A stretch of 50,307 nt of DNA from a virus (taxonomy: Duplodnaviria; Caudoviricetes): positions 1 through 50,307 of IMG/VR virus record IMGVR_UViG_3300038309_000012; one strand, 5' to 3'. A model generated the notes under the pieces. The model saw only the letters and a program-made list of their open reading frames with translations, was not told where the DNA came from and made no database searches. Each line of letters opens with the position of its first letter. Positions within the stretch are counted from its first letter, which is position 1. This document shows, one piece after another, positions 17,369 through 26,308 of this stretch. Both the position numbers and the translations under genes were made by a program.

Positions 17369-17782
17369 ATGTCACTTACAGACTACAGCCAGTACGAATC
17401 AATGATCCAAGACGCCGAAGCACCTAAAGCCCTTCCTGCTGGTACGGAAGTAACTGCACGTATTATCTCAATTCGAGAAGGCGTAAACGAAGAGACTGGA
17501 ATCGGTTGGAGGATGGTAACCTATGATATTCCAGACGAACCAACCGCCAGAGAAATGACCGACTTCTTTGGCGTCCTCGATCAAGAAAAGATGGACGCTA
17601 AACGCTTCGCACGTGAACTGTATAAGTTCAAAAACTTTGCCGCAGCTATTGGCCTTGACTATACCCAACCATTTGATTGGGAAGAACTGGTTGGCCGAGA
17701 GTGTTGGGTGATTCTTGGAATTCAGAAAGATGAAGAATTCGGTGATAAGAATCGTGTAACTAAGTATTTGTCTGGAAATTAA
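17369..17782 (+). CDS. Putative ssDNA-binding protein (DUF669-like)
   Basis: ALPAG..TARI...ELVGREC...KNRVTKY; context after nuclease and NTPase. Confidence 0.65.
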   Translation: MSLTDYSQYESMIQDAEAPKALPAGTEVTARIISIREGVNEETGIGWRMVTYDIPDEPTAREMTDFFGVLDQEKMDAKRFARELYKFKNFAAAIGLDYTQPFDWEELVGRECWVILGIQKDEEFGDKNRVTKYLSGN

Positions 17783-17784
17783 TT

Positions 17785-17809
17785 AGACCATTTAAAAATT
17801 AAACAGACT
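17785..17809. repeat. 25-bp palindrome copy 9
   Basis: AGACCATTTAA AAA TTAAACAGACT. Confidence 0.8.
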
Positions 17810-17844
17810 AAGGAATGGGAAACTGTTCCTTAGTCTAGCCTTTT
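17805..17844 (+). terminator. Intrinsic terminator-like hairpin
   Basis: AGACTAAGGAATGG-GAAA-CTGTTCCTTAGTCT then AGCCTTTT. Confidence 0.6.
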
Positions 17845-17862
17845 AAAGGAGAAACTAAAAAA

Positions 17863-19053
17863 ATGCCCAACCATCGTGTTTTAATCCTAGGAATTGACGG
17901 CTACATTGGTTATCCTCTAGCACTACACCTTATCAAGCAAAATTTCGAAGTGTGTGGAGTAGATAACCTAAGTCGTCGTGATAGAGTACGCCACATAGGT
18001 GGAGCGTCTTTAACCAACATTGCTTCCTTTGATGATCGCGCTAATTATTTATCCTCGTTTAATAATTTCATAGATAACATGTCTCGTATTGATGTAGATT
18101 ACTACGATACAATATCTGCTGCAATAAAATATTTCAAACCTGATACAATAGTTCACCTAGCGCAAATGCCTAGTGCTCCATGGTCTATGATCAATGCCTA
18201 TCATGCGTATCAGACACAGCATGAAAATTGTATGGCTAATCTTAATGTACTCTGGGCTATGAAACAGCATTGCCCTAATGCACATTTGTTGAAGTTAGGA
18301 ACTATGGGAGAGTATGGCACACCTAATTGTGACATACCTGAAGGAGAGATTCCTAAGGAATGTTTAACTGGTGGTGTAGGCCCTTATGTAGGAGGTTACG
18401 ATGCTGGATGCCCTATGTCAGGCCTAATCTTCCCACGCCAACCTGGATCATTCTACCACCTATCCAAAGTCTTCGATACTTACAATGTAGACTTCGCTTG
18501 CCGTAACTGGGGCTTACGCTCTACTGATGTAATGCAAGGAGTAGTATATGGTCTTAATAAACCCAACAATAACATTGAAATTACTAGATTCGACTACGAC
18601 GAATACTTTGGCACTGCTATCAATCGTTTCTGCACTCAAGCTATTATCGAATATCCCATTACAGTCTACGGAAACGGAAACCAGACAAGAGGATATCTAC
18701 CACTTAAAGATTCTATCCAGTGCTTAACCTTAGCAATAGAAAATCCTCCTGAAGATGGAGAATGTAGGACATTCAATCAGTTTGAGGAAATCTATTCCAT
18801 TAACGAACTCGCTGACATCGTAAATCGTCAGGCACAAAAGCTAGGACTTAATCCAGGAATCACGCACATTTCTAATCCACGAAAGGAAAAGGAATCACAC
18901 TATTACAATCCAGAACATAGTAAACTTTTAGACTTAGGTTACAAACCTACAGATGATCTTGAAGGTGAGGTAGGAATCCTACTCCAACAACTCATGCCTT
19001 ACAAAGATAGGGTTAATAAAAAAGTTATTATGCCTAAGACTAAGTGGGAGTAG
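17863..19053 (+). CDS. sqdB: UDP-sulfoquinovose synthase (SqdB/SQD1/Agl3 family)
   Basis: GIDGYIG, VDNLSRR, SAPWSM, KLGTMGEYGTP, PGSFYHLSK, WGLRSTDVMQGVVYG, RFDYDEYFGTAINRFC, QTRGY, FNQF, NPRKE...HYY. Confidence 0.92.
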   Translation: MPNHRVLILGIDGYIGYPLALHLIKQNFEVCGVDNLSRRDRVRHIGGASLTNIASFDDRANYLSSFNNFIDNMSRIDVDYYDTISAAIKYFKPDTIVHLAQMPSAPWSMINAYHAYQTQHENCMANLNVLWAMKQHCPNAHLLKLGTMGEYGTPNCDIPEGEIPKECLTGGVGPYVGGYDAGCPMSGLIFPRQPGSFYHLSKVFDTYNVDFACRNWGLRSTDVMQGVVYGLNKPNNNIEITRFDYDEYFGTAINRFCTQAIIEYPITVYGNGNQTRGYLPLKDSIQCLTLAIENPPEDGECRTFNQFEEIYSINELADIVNRQAQKLGLNPGITHISNPRKEKESHYYNPEHSKLLDLGYKPTDDLEGEVGILLQQLMPYKDRVNKKVIMPKTKWE

Positions 19054-19059
19054 ACTGAC

Positions 19060-19260
19060 ATGGATAGAATGGGATTATTTGTTATAAAAAAATCAGACCA
19101 AAATCAATACTGGGTAAGGAGTGGTGAACACGGATGTGGATGGAATCCACATTTTCCAAAGCAGGCATTTTCAAAATCGGAGCTAGCAAAAGAAATATTA
19201 TTTTTACTTTCTAGTGGTATTGGCGCACAGCGAATTGAAATTATAGAACTACATGGATAG
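19060..19260 (+). CDS. Hypothetical protein
   Basis: ORF with GGAG RBS. Confidence 0.55.
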   Translation: MDRMGLFVIKKSDQNQYWVRSGEHGCGWNPHFPKQAFSKSELAKEILFLLSSGIGAQRIEIIELHG

Positions 19261-19270
19261 TTTAATAATT

Positions 19271-19295
19271 AGACTGTTCAAAAATTAAACAATCT
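19271..19295. repeat. 25-bp palindrome copy 10
   Basis: AGACTGTTCAA AAA TTAAACAATCT. Confidence 0.9.
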
Positions 19296-19312
19296 ATGAA
19301 AGGAATTAACTA

Positions 19313-19573
19313 ATGAACAAAGACACAGGTGAAATATTATCTTATTATAACATACCTAAAGAAGAAAAAGAAAACTACGTACCTCTAACAATGCGCGAAG
19401 CTAAATACCTAGTTAAAAGAAAACCAGACGCACGTAAAAACTGGATGAGAAACAAGCCTTGCCCTTGTGGATCTGGAAAGAAATTCAAACGTTGTTGCTG
19501 GGGTAAGAAAACTCCACAGAAAATATACGAGGAGGAAGTATCATGTCTGACAAACCATACATCCCAAGAATAA
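19313..19573 (+). CDS. SEC-C motif protein
   Basis: RNKPCPCGSGKKFKRCC. Confidence 0.85.
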   Translation: MNKDTGEILSYYNIPKEEKENYVPLTMREAKYLVKRKPDARKNWMRNKPCPCGSGKKFKRCCWGKKTPQKIYEEEVSCLTNHTSQE

Positions 19574-19785
19574 CTTTCGAAGTAACACTAGAACAAAAAG
19601 AACGTGCGGACAAACACCTAGGTCTTTATGGCACTAGGAAAGCGGTCTTATCTAATGTCCTTGATTCTGTTTTAGACCTTATAGAACAACATGGATCTAT
19701 TGTAATAGGCATCCTTATGGAAAAAGATAAGCCTAAGCAAGTGCTTAAATCTTTAGTGCAAGTTCAGAAGAAGGTGGAGGAATAA
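19543..19785 (+). CDS. Hypothetical protein, possible ribbon-helix-helix
   Basis: PRITFEVTLEQKERA...RKAVLSNVL; GAGGAGG RBS. Confidence 0.6.
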   Translation: MSDKPYIPRITFEVTLEQKERADKHLGLYGTRKAVLSNVLDSVLDLIEQHGSIVIGILMEKDKPKQVLKSLVQVQKKVEE

Positions 19786-19787
19786 CA

Positions 19788-20015
19788 ATGAGCTGGAGAA
19801 TACATATCAACGAAAAAAATTATTCTGACGCTGAATTATTAGCTTGGAATTATATACTACCGCATAAACATATACCAGTACTAAATTCTGATTATACTAA
19901 AGTAAAAGAACTTACTTGTTATCTAGAAAAAGCATTTAGCCGTCAAGCATTAAAATCAGCTATTAAAAGATTAGGAATAAAAAGAAATGAACCTATCCTC
20001 AATCCAAAATCCTAA
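19788..20015 (+). CDS. Hypothetical protein
   Basis: GGAGG RBS. Confidence 0.6.
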   Translation: MSWRIHINEKNYSDAELLAWNYILPHKHIPVLNSDYTKVKELTCYLEKAFSRQALKSAIKRLGIKRNEPILNPKS

Positions 20016-20199
20016 CATCTCAACTATGTCTTACTCAGACGCAGTTGAATACCTAAAGTCTCTACGCTATAGTAGGCGCATCCCTAAACGTCAACAGTCT
20101 AAAGCTACACAAGAAAAGAAGGCTAAAGCTAAAGCACTACCAAAGATTTCAAAAGTAGACGCACAACAATTACTTAAGTTATTAGGAGGATCAAACTGA
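19987..20199 (+). CDS. Small basic hypothetical protein
   Basis: Lys-rich ORF coupled to the next gene. Confidence 0.6.
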   Translation: MNLSSIQNPNISTMSYSDAVEYLKSLRYSRRIPKRQQSKATQEKKAKAKALPKISKVDAQQLLKLLGGSN

Positions 20200-21512
20200 T
20201 GTCAATCAAAGTTGGTAAAGTAGCTATGATCGAACGATCTAAAATCATCATAGGAGAACGCGCTCGTAAAGACATGGGTGACTTGACTTCGCTAGAAACC
20301 TCAATGACCGAGCGTGAAATGATTCAGCCTATTGCAGTAATCGACAATGAAGATTCTACTTACGAACTCCTAACTGGCGGCCGTAGAATGGCTGTGTTAG
20401 AAAAGCATGAAGTAGATGTAATCCCTTGTCGTATTTATTCTAAAGATATCTCTGACCATGAACGTAAGTCTATTGAACTAGCTGAGAATCTTTACAGAAA
20501 AAATTTCGAATACTATGAACATGACGCACTAGTAGCCCAAATCCACTCACTTCAACAACAAGCGCATGGAGTAAAACTAGGTGGTCCAGGTACTGGATGG
20601 GGACTCGCTGAGACAGGAGAACTGGTTGGCAAATCTAAAGGTTCAATTAGCTCAGCCCTCAAACGTGCGGAAGCTAGAGACAAATTCCCTGAACTCTTCT
20701 CTACATGCAAAGACCAGAAAGACGCTATGAAAGTTATGTCTAAAATGTCTGACCTAATAGTTCGTGAAGAAGTAGCTAAGCGTATCGAGGAGAATAAAAC
20801 AGGAGTTGTTAACGACCTAGCCAAACGCTACATACTAAAAGACTTCTTTGAAGGGGTAAAAGAAATACCTGATAATACTTACAACTGGGTGGAAATAGAC
20901 CCTCCTTACGCAATCGATTTAAAAAACGCTAAGAAAACAATAGATGGAAAAGCTATTCAAGAACATGACTATAATGAAATCCCTGCTAAAGAATACAAGA
21001 GATTCTTAACCAGACTTTTCAAAGAATGCTATCGTGTAATGGCTCCTGACTCATGGCTTATCTGTTGGTTCGGCCCTGAGCCTTGGTTTGAATCAGTTTA
21101 TGATTCTCTAATCAAGGCAAACTTTAGTGTTAAACGTATTCCTGGCTTGTGGGCTAAACCTTTAGGCCAGTCCAAACGTCCTTATGAATATCTAGGAAAC
21201 GCCTATGAAATGTTTTTCTATGCTAAGAAAGGAGAACCTAAACTCCACAAACCTGGTAGATCTAACATATTCCAATTCAGTCAGGTTCCACCTAACACCA
21301 AAACTCATCCTACCGAACGCCCTATTGAAATGATTAAAGAGGTATTAGACACTTTCGCTGCCCCTAATTCAAAAGGCTTAGTTCCTTTTCTCGGATCTGG
21401 TAACACCTTACTAGCGGCCTACGAACTAGGTATGGAATCTATTGGATTTGAGCTAGGCAAAAGCTTCAAAGATTCATTTCTAATCAAAGTTAATAAGAAG
21501 TATAGTGGGTAA
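20199..21512 (+). CDS. ParB-like domain + HTH fused to N6A/N4C DNA methyltransferase
   Basis: MIQPIAV, LLTGGRRMA, IELAENLYR (ParB); LAETGELVGKSKGSISSAL (HTH); IDPPY, HPTERP, FLGSG (beta-class amino-MTase). Confidence 0.88.
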   Translation: MSIKVGKVAMIERSKIIIGERARKDMGDLTSLETSMTEREMIQPIAVIDNEDSTYELLTGGRRMAVLEKHEVDVIPCRIYSKDISDHERKSIELAENLYRKNFEYYEHDALVAQIHSLQQQAHGVKLGGPGTGWGLAETGELVGKSKGSISSALKRAEARDKFPELFSTCKDQKDAMKVMSKMSDLIVREEVAKRIEENKTGVVNDLAKRYILKDFFEGVKEIPDNTYNWVEIDPPYAIDLKNAKKTIDGKAIQEHDYNEIPAKEYKRFLTRLFKECYRVMAPDSWLICWFGPEPWFESVYDSLIKANFSVKRIPGLWAKPLGQSKRPYEYLGNAYEMFFYAKKGEPKLHKPGRSNIFQFSQVPPNTKTHPTERPIEMIKEVLDTFAAPNSKGLVPFLGSGNTLLAAYELGMESIGFELGKSFKDSFLIKVNKKYSG

Positions 21513-21641
21513 GAAAATCAATTGTGGCGGGTTTAAATTTGTTATTGGTATGGTAATATATACCATTGAATTTAACCGTCACCACGGGCACGTTTACCCC
21601 ATACGATTTGATTTTTGTCATAACTTTTAATAGGATTAAGT

Positions 21642-21839
21642 ATGAATAAATTAATTTATTGTCTAGGTAAAAGATCAAAATACGTTCGCAAAATATACTA
21701 CACACTTACTAACAAATGGCTATGGGGGATAGTGGGATTTGTAATAGACTATGCAACAATAGAAAAGAAAGATATTCCTGCATATACGCAAGATGAATTT
21801 GATAATACTATAGAACAGATTTTTAACTATAAGAAATAG
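21642..21839 (+). CDS. Hypothetical protein
   Basis: ORF ending on the palindrome's TAG. Confidence 0.55.
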   Translation: MNKLIYCLGKRSKYVRKIYYTLTNKWLWGIVGFVIDYATIEKKDIPAYTQDEFDNTIEQIFNYKK

Positions 21840-21862
21840 ACCGTTCAAAAATTAAACAACCT
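21838..21862. repeat. 25-bp palindrome copy 11
   Basis: AGACCGTTCAA AAA TTAAACAACCT. Confidence 0.88.
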
Positions 21863-21876
21863 AAGGAATAAACTAT

Positions 21877-22032
21877 ATGAAAGATACAAAAGTTATTAAG
21901 TTAATAAACGATAAGTTTAAAATTAAACTATTTAAACATTCTGCAGTAATAGCTCCTAATATATATGCATTATTTTTAGATGTACTACATGAGGTATTAG
22001 ATGATATAGAAAAGGAAAGGTTAAATAGATGA
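21877..22032 (+). CDS. Small hypothetical protein (51 aa)
   Basis: TAAGGA RBS, ATGA overlap with the polymerase gene. Confidence 0.5.
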   Translation: MKDTKVIKLINDKFKIKLFKHSAVIAPNIYALFLDVLHEVLDDIEKERLNR

Positions 22033-24542
22033 AACAAACCTATATCCACCCATCAGGTAATCCAAAAGCTAAACTTGCGATCTGTGGTGAACAGCCTGGG
22101 TTTCAAGAAGTTCATGCTGGCAAGCCATTCGTTGGCCCAGCAGGACAAGGCTTAGATGATTGCCTCAAGATGGCAGGAATACTACGAAGTGAACTATACA
22201 TCACCAACGTTATTAAAGATTTAGATGCACCATTAGCTCGTTATATTAACATAGCGCCTAATGGTAAGTCTACTATCTCCAAAGAAGGATATCAGTACAT
22301 CGAGGAGCTTGGCGAAGAACTACGCGCACTTGACCTTAATTGCATTGTAGCTCTTGGTAATATAGCCTTACTCGCGCTGACCAATCGTACTGGAATTACC
22401 AAGTGGCGTGGGTCTATCCTTGAATCTACTATAGTCCCAGGACTTAAAGTAATTCCTACATTCCATCCAGCCACATTCATTCCACCTAAGTTTAACTACC
22501 TAAACAAACCATTGATAACTATGGATTTGGAAAGGGCTAAAAAAGAAAGTGCTAATGCGTCTATCAATACAAGAACACGCTATGTGGTTACTTCACCTAC
22601 TTATGATGAATCCATCAGAGAACTTAATAGTTGTATCTTCGACGGAAGAGCAGGCAAAACTATTGATGTCGACATTGAAGTCATTAATGAAGAACTCGAC
22701 TGTTTTTCAGTGTGTAGAAATGAGAACCTCAGCATGTCAATCCCACTCAGATATGACAAAGGTGACTATTTCACGGTTGAGCAAGAGTTAGAAATTTTAA
22801 AACTCCTTAGCAAAATAATGTCTGACGACCAAATATCTAAACGAGGCGCTAACTTTATCTTCGATACTCAGTTCTTATTTCACAAATACGGGATGGAACC
22901 TAAGGGAGAACTCCACTGCACGCAGATAGCTCAGAAAATAGCCTTTCCAGATTTCAACGCTGGCCTAGACTTCGTAACCTCTATGCACACTGACATACCG
23001 TACTATAAAGCAGACGGTAAAAAGTGGATGAAGACTGGTACTGGTACTTGGAAAGAGTGGTGGACTTACAATGGGATGGATACTATATCAACAGCAGCTG
23101 CACACCCAAACCAGATAAAAGAATTAGAAAAACAATTAAACATCGAAACCTACGATCGCCAACGTAAGTTGATAAAGCCTCTAATCTACATGTCAGAACG
23201 TGGTATTAAGATTGATGTAGATGGAATGCTTAAACTAAAGAACAAAGAACAAGCTGAACTCGACAAGCTAATTGAAAACCTGCATGAAGAAGTAGGTTAT
23301 GAGATTAATCCTAATTCTCCAGCCCAGCTTAAAGAATATTTCTATGGGAAAAGCAAAGGGCAACTTGGTATAAAAGCTTACAAAGCTAAAGGCGCAAACG
23401 GTTATACTATCTCTACCAATGTCGATGCACTAAAGCGTATCTCTCGTCAAGGGTACAAAGCAGCGCAGATTATGTTAGACATTAGGTCACGTAGTAAACG
23501 AATATCAACTTACTTAAACATTAAAAAGGTGGATAAAGATGGAAGATATAGAAGTTCATATAAGCCAGTTGGGGCTGAAACAGGGCGTTTGGCATCAGGA
23601 GAAACTATCTTTGGTACCGGAGGGAATCAACAAAATTGGCCTCATGACCTCCTTAGATTTTTTCTCTTTGATGATGGATACATTGGATATTCTTTTGACC
23701 TATCTCAAATCGAAAACCGTATTGTGGCCTACGTCGGTGGAGTCATATCACAAATTGAAGCTTTCGAACGAGGAATAGACCTCCACTCTATGACTGCTTC
23801 AGTCATCTTTAACAAACCTTATGATCAAATAAGTGATGAAGAAGGTTCTTGTTCTTTAGGTGACGGTCGTAAGTCAGAACGTGACTATGGTAAAAAAGGT
23901 AATCATGCAACTAACTATGACACCGGATACAAAACTTTCGCACTAAAGAACGAAATGCCTGAAGCAGAAGCTAAGATGGTGTTAGAGAGGATTCACCGTG
24001 GGTATCCGCAAATTAGAGGAGGTTATCACATACTGATTCAAAACATGCTAAAAGAATCACGTATTGTTACTAACTTGTTTGGGCGACGTAGACTTTTCCT
24101 CGGTCCTATATTCCCATCCTCTATGACTCCAACCTCAGCTTGTATGGATACCTATCGTGCTGCTTATGCACACTTTGCTCAATCTTCCTGTGCCGATAAG
24201 ATTAATGAACAAGGAGTTGAATTCATATACTACGACCAAGACAAGTTTGGGCCAATAGAATTACTAACACAGATTCATGACTCAGTAGTATTTCAAATTC
24301 CTTTATCAATACCTTGGAGAGAGCATGCTAGGATGTTATTCCAGATAAAACGTTCACTTGAGACCCCACTCTATTGGAAAGGAATAGAGATTAAAACTCC
24401 TTGTGATTTGGCCGTAGGACTTAACATGTATAAGAAGCAAATGGTAGAACTCAAAAGTAAGAAGTTTCCTACTGATGAAGAAAATCTTGCAATTAGGTTA
24501 GAAGAAATTTATAAACAATTGATTAGTGAGGAGGAAGAGTAG
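22029..24542 (+). CDS. Family A DNA polymerase with N-terminal family-4 uracil-DNA glycosylase-like domain and 3'-5' exonuclease
   Basis: GEQPG..E...GKPFVGPAG, YITNVIK, TFHPA (UDG); DVDIE (ExoI); ETGRLAS, DLSQIENR (A), RDYGKKGNHATNY (B), QIHDS (C). Confidence 0.93.
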   Translation: MKQTYIHPSGNPKAKLAICGEQPGFQEVHAGKPFVGPAGQGLDDCLKMAGILRSELYITNVIKDLDAPLARYINIAPNGKSTISKEGYQYIEELGEELRALDLNCIVALGNIALLALTNRTGITKWRGSILESTIVPGLKVIPTFHPATFIPPKFNYLNKPLITMDLERAKKESANASINTRTRYVVTSPTYDESIRELNSCIFDGRAGKTIDVDIEVINEELDCFSVCRNENLSMSIPLRYDKGDYFTVEQELEILKLLSKIMSDDQISKRGANFIFDTQFLFHKYGMEPKGELHCTQIAQKIAFPDFNAGLDFVTSMHTDIPYYKADGKKWMKTGTGTWKEWWTYNGMDTISTAAAHPNQIKELEKQLNIETYDRQRKLIKPLIYMSERGIKIDVDGMLKLKNKEQAELDKLIENLHEEVGYEINPNSPAQLKEYFYGKSKGQLGIKAYKAKGANGYTISTNVDALKRISRQGYKAAQIMLDIRSRSKRISTYLNIKKVDKDGRYRSSYKPVGAETGRLASGETIFGTGGNQQNWPHDLLRFFLFDDGYIGYSFDLSQIENRIVAYVGGVISQIEAFERGIDLHSMTASVIFNKPYDQISDEEGSCSLGDGRKSERDYGKKGNHATNYDTGYKTFALKNEMPEAEAKMVLERIHRGYPQIRGGYHILIQNMLKESRIVTNLFGRRRLFLGPIFPSSMTPTSACMDTYRAAYAHFAQSSCADKINEQGVEFIYYDQDKFGPIELLTQIHDSVVFQIPLSIPWREHARMLFQIKRSLETPLYWKGIEIKTPCDLAVGLNMYKKQMVELKSKKFPTDEENLAIRLEEIYKQLISEEEE

Positions 24543-24845
24543 ATGGAATTTGAAGAAATAGAATGGAAAGTAATTGAGTGGGCTAAAGAACGTGGTATAT
24601 ATGAAAACTACTCTGCTCAAGCACAGATAGCTAAGCTTATTGAAGAACTTGGTGAGTTAGCTAATGCATTAAATAGAGAAGATTCTCCAGAAGTAATGGA
24701 TGCTTTAGGTGATATGTTAGTAGTAATGACGAATATATGTAGAGGGACATTAAAACTCCCATTGACTATTTGTTATGAGGAAGCATACAATCAAATCAAA
24801 GACCGTAAAGGTAAGATGGTAAACGGAACTTTTGTAAAGGATTAA
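24543..24845 (+). CDS. MazG-like nucleotide pyrophosphohydrolase
   Basis: KLIEELGELA...DALGDMLV...AYNQIKDRKGKMVNGTFVK. Confidence 0.85.
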   Translation: MEFEEIEWKVIEWAKERGIYENYSAQAQIAKLIEELGELANALNREDSPEVMDALGDMLVVMTNICRGTLKLPLTICYEEAYNQIKDRKGKMVNGTFVKD

Positions 24846-24847
24846 CT

Positions 24848-25060
24848 ATGAATTACTTTAAAGTACTATCATGGATAGAAAGAAGAGCAGAAGAAGCTAG
24901 GCAAACTGTAATAGGAAAACATTATAGATACTGGCATTGGGATAATCGTATATTTATGTCTAATAGACTATTTGTTTTCGGTACAGATAATTGGCATCTG
25001 GCATTCAACGGTGAGATAATTAAAATAGGAAAATCATACAAATACAAATTCAGGTTTTAA
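24848..25060 (+). CDS. Hypothetical protein
   Basis: ORF with AAGGA RBS. Confidence 0.55.
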   Translation: MNYFKVLSWIERRAEEARQTVIGKHYRYWHWDNRIFMSNRLFVFGTDNWHLAFNGEIIKIGKSYKYKFRF

Positions 25061-25063
25061 TCT

Positions 25064-26284
25064 ATGGAAAACCTAAAGCGAATTCTACCTAACTGGATAG
25101 ACGCCTTTATGAAATACACAGAGAATACTGAACCACCTATTCTCTTTCGTAAGTGGACTGCCTTATCTTGCATAGCTGCAGCACTACAACGAAAGTGTTT
25201 TATAAACTGGGGTACTTCCCTAACGTTTTATCCAAACTTATACATTATTCTAGTAGGCCCATCAGCTACTGGCAAAGGTACGGCTATGTCACCGGCATTA
25301 GATATCATAGACAAAATCCCATCTATAAAACAAGCTGCTAATGCTACATCACTACAGGCGCTCATTAGGAAACTCAAAGATACTAACCTTACTGATATTG
25401 ATATTAGATCAGGCAAGCAACAGTTTCACTCATCTATGACAATCTTCAGTAAGGAATTTACTGTCTTCCTCGGCTATCATAATCGTGAACTAATGGCCGC
25501 CTTATGTGATTGGTATGACTGTGATCGTAAATGGAGTTATGAAACTATATCTAGACAAAAGGAGGAGATCAATGGAGTATGGGTAAATATGATAGGTGGT
25601 ACAACACCTGACTTGATTCAGTCTTCCCTACCTATTGAATCAATTGGTGGTGGTCTTACTAGCCGAATCATATTTGTATTCGAGGAGAAGAAAGACAAGC
25701 TAGTAACTGTGCCTATTCAATCATCAGCAGATCTTGAACTAAAAGAAATGCTAATAAATGATTTAGAAAAGATATCCCGCTTATCAGGGCAATTCGGTTA
25801 CACGGAAGACTTCTGCACAACGTGGTCAGATTGGTGTGTTGAAGCTGAGAACAACCCACCTTTTTACGACCCAAAGTTTGATGGTTATCTAGGTCGTCGT
25901 CGAACTCACTTAATGAAGCTAGCAATGATCGTATCTGCTTCTAAAGGCTCACATGATCTTATCCTTACTAAGGATGATTTAGAAGATGCAATCCAACTAT
26001 TGGCAGAAGTAGAAGTTAAAATGGGCTTGGTATTCAAAGGTGTTGGTAAATCTGATATATCTTCACTAATGAATAAATCTATAAACTTCTTCGCATCATC
26101 AAAGGTTAAACAAATACCTATATTCCAATACGCTAGACATTTCAACAACGATATGGATAAATCTATGATGGATAGAGTATTTGCTACACTTGAGGCTTCT
26201 AGAATGATTAAGATTGTAAATAAGCCTGGTGGGGATAGTTATATTGAAGTACTTGAAGATATAAATAGACCGTTTAAAAATTGA
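25064..26284 (+). CDS. DUF3987/YfjI-like P-loop protein, putative replicative helicase
   Basis: PNLYIILVGPSATGKGT, MIGGTTP, GGGLTSRIIFV. Confidence 0.7.
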   Translation: MENLKRILPNWIDAFMKYTENTEPPILFRKWTALSCIAAALQRKCFINWGTSLTFYPNLYIILVGPSATGKGTAMSPALDIIDKIPSIKQAANATSLQALIRKLKDTNLTDIDIRSGKQQFHSSMTIFSKEFTVFLGYHNRELMAALCDWYDCDRKWSYETISRQKEEINGVWVNMIGGTTPDLIQSSLPIESIGGGLTSRIIFVFEEKKDKLVTVPIQSSADLELKEMLINDLEKISRLSGQFGYTEDFCTTWSDWCVEAENNPPFYDPKFDGYLGRRRTHLMKLAMIVSASKGSHDLILTKDDLEDAIQLLAEVEVKMGLVFKGVGKSDISSLMNKSINFFASSKVKQIPIFQYARHFNNDMDKSMMDRVFATLEASRMIKIVNKPGGDSYIEVLEDINRPFKN

Positions 26285-26291
26285 ACAGACT
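26267..26291. repeat. 25-bp palindrome copy 12
   Basis: AGACCGTTTAA AAA TTGAACAGACT; spans the end of 25064..26284. Confidence 0.9.
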
Positions 26292-26308
26292 AATTAAAGG
26301 AGAACTAT

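Noticed and set aside
17863-19053. Host DNA contamination explaining sqdB
   Set aside because: Flanked by phage genes and phage palindromes, with the same RBS style and composition.
20199-21512. Plasmid-prophage partition system or restriction-modification pair
   Set aside because: No ParA, repressor, Rep or cognate endonuclease recognised.
21914-21930. Extra palindrome copies at ~21915, ~22492 and ~33295
   Set aside because: Wrong spacer length and missing the invariant AG/CT ends.
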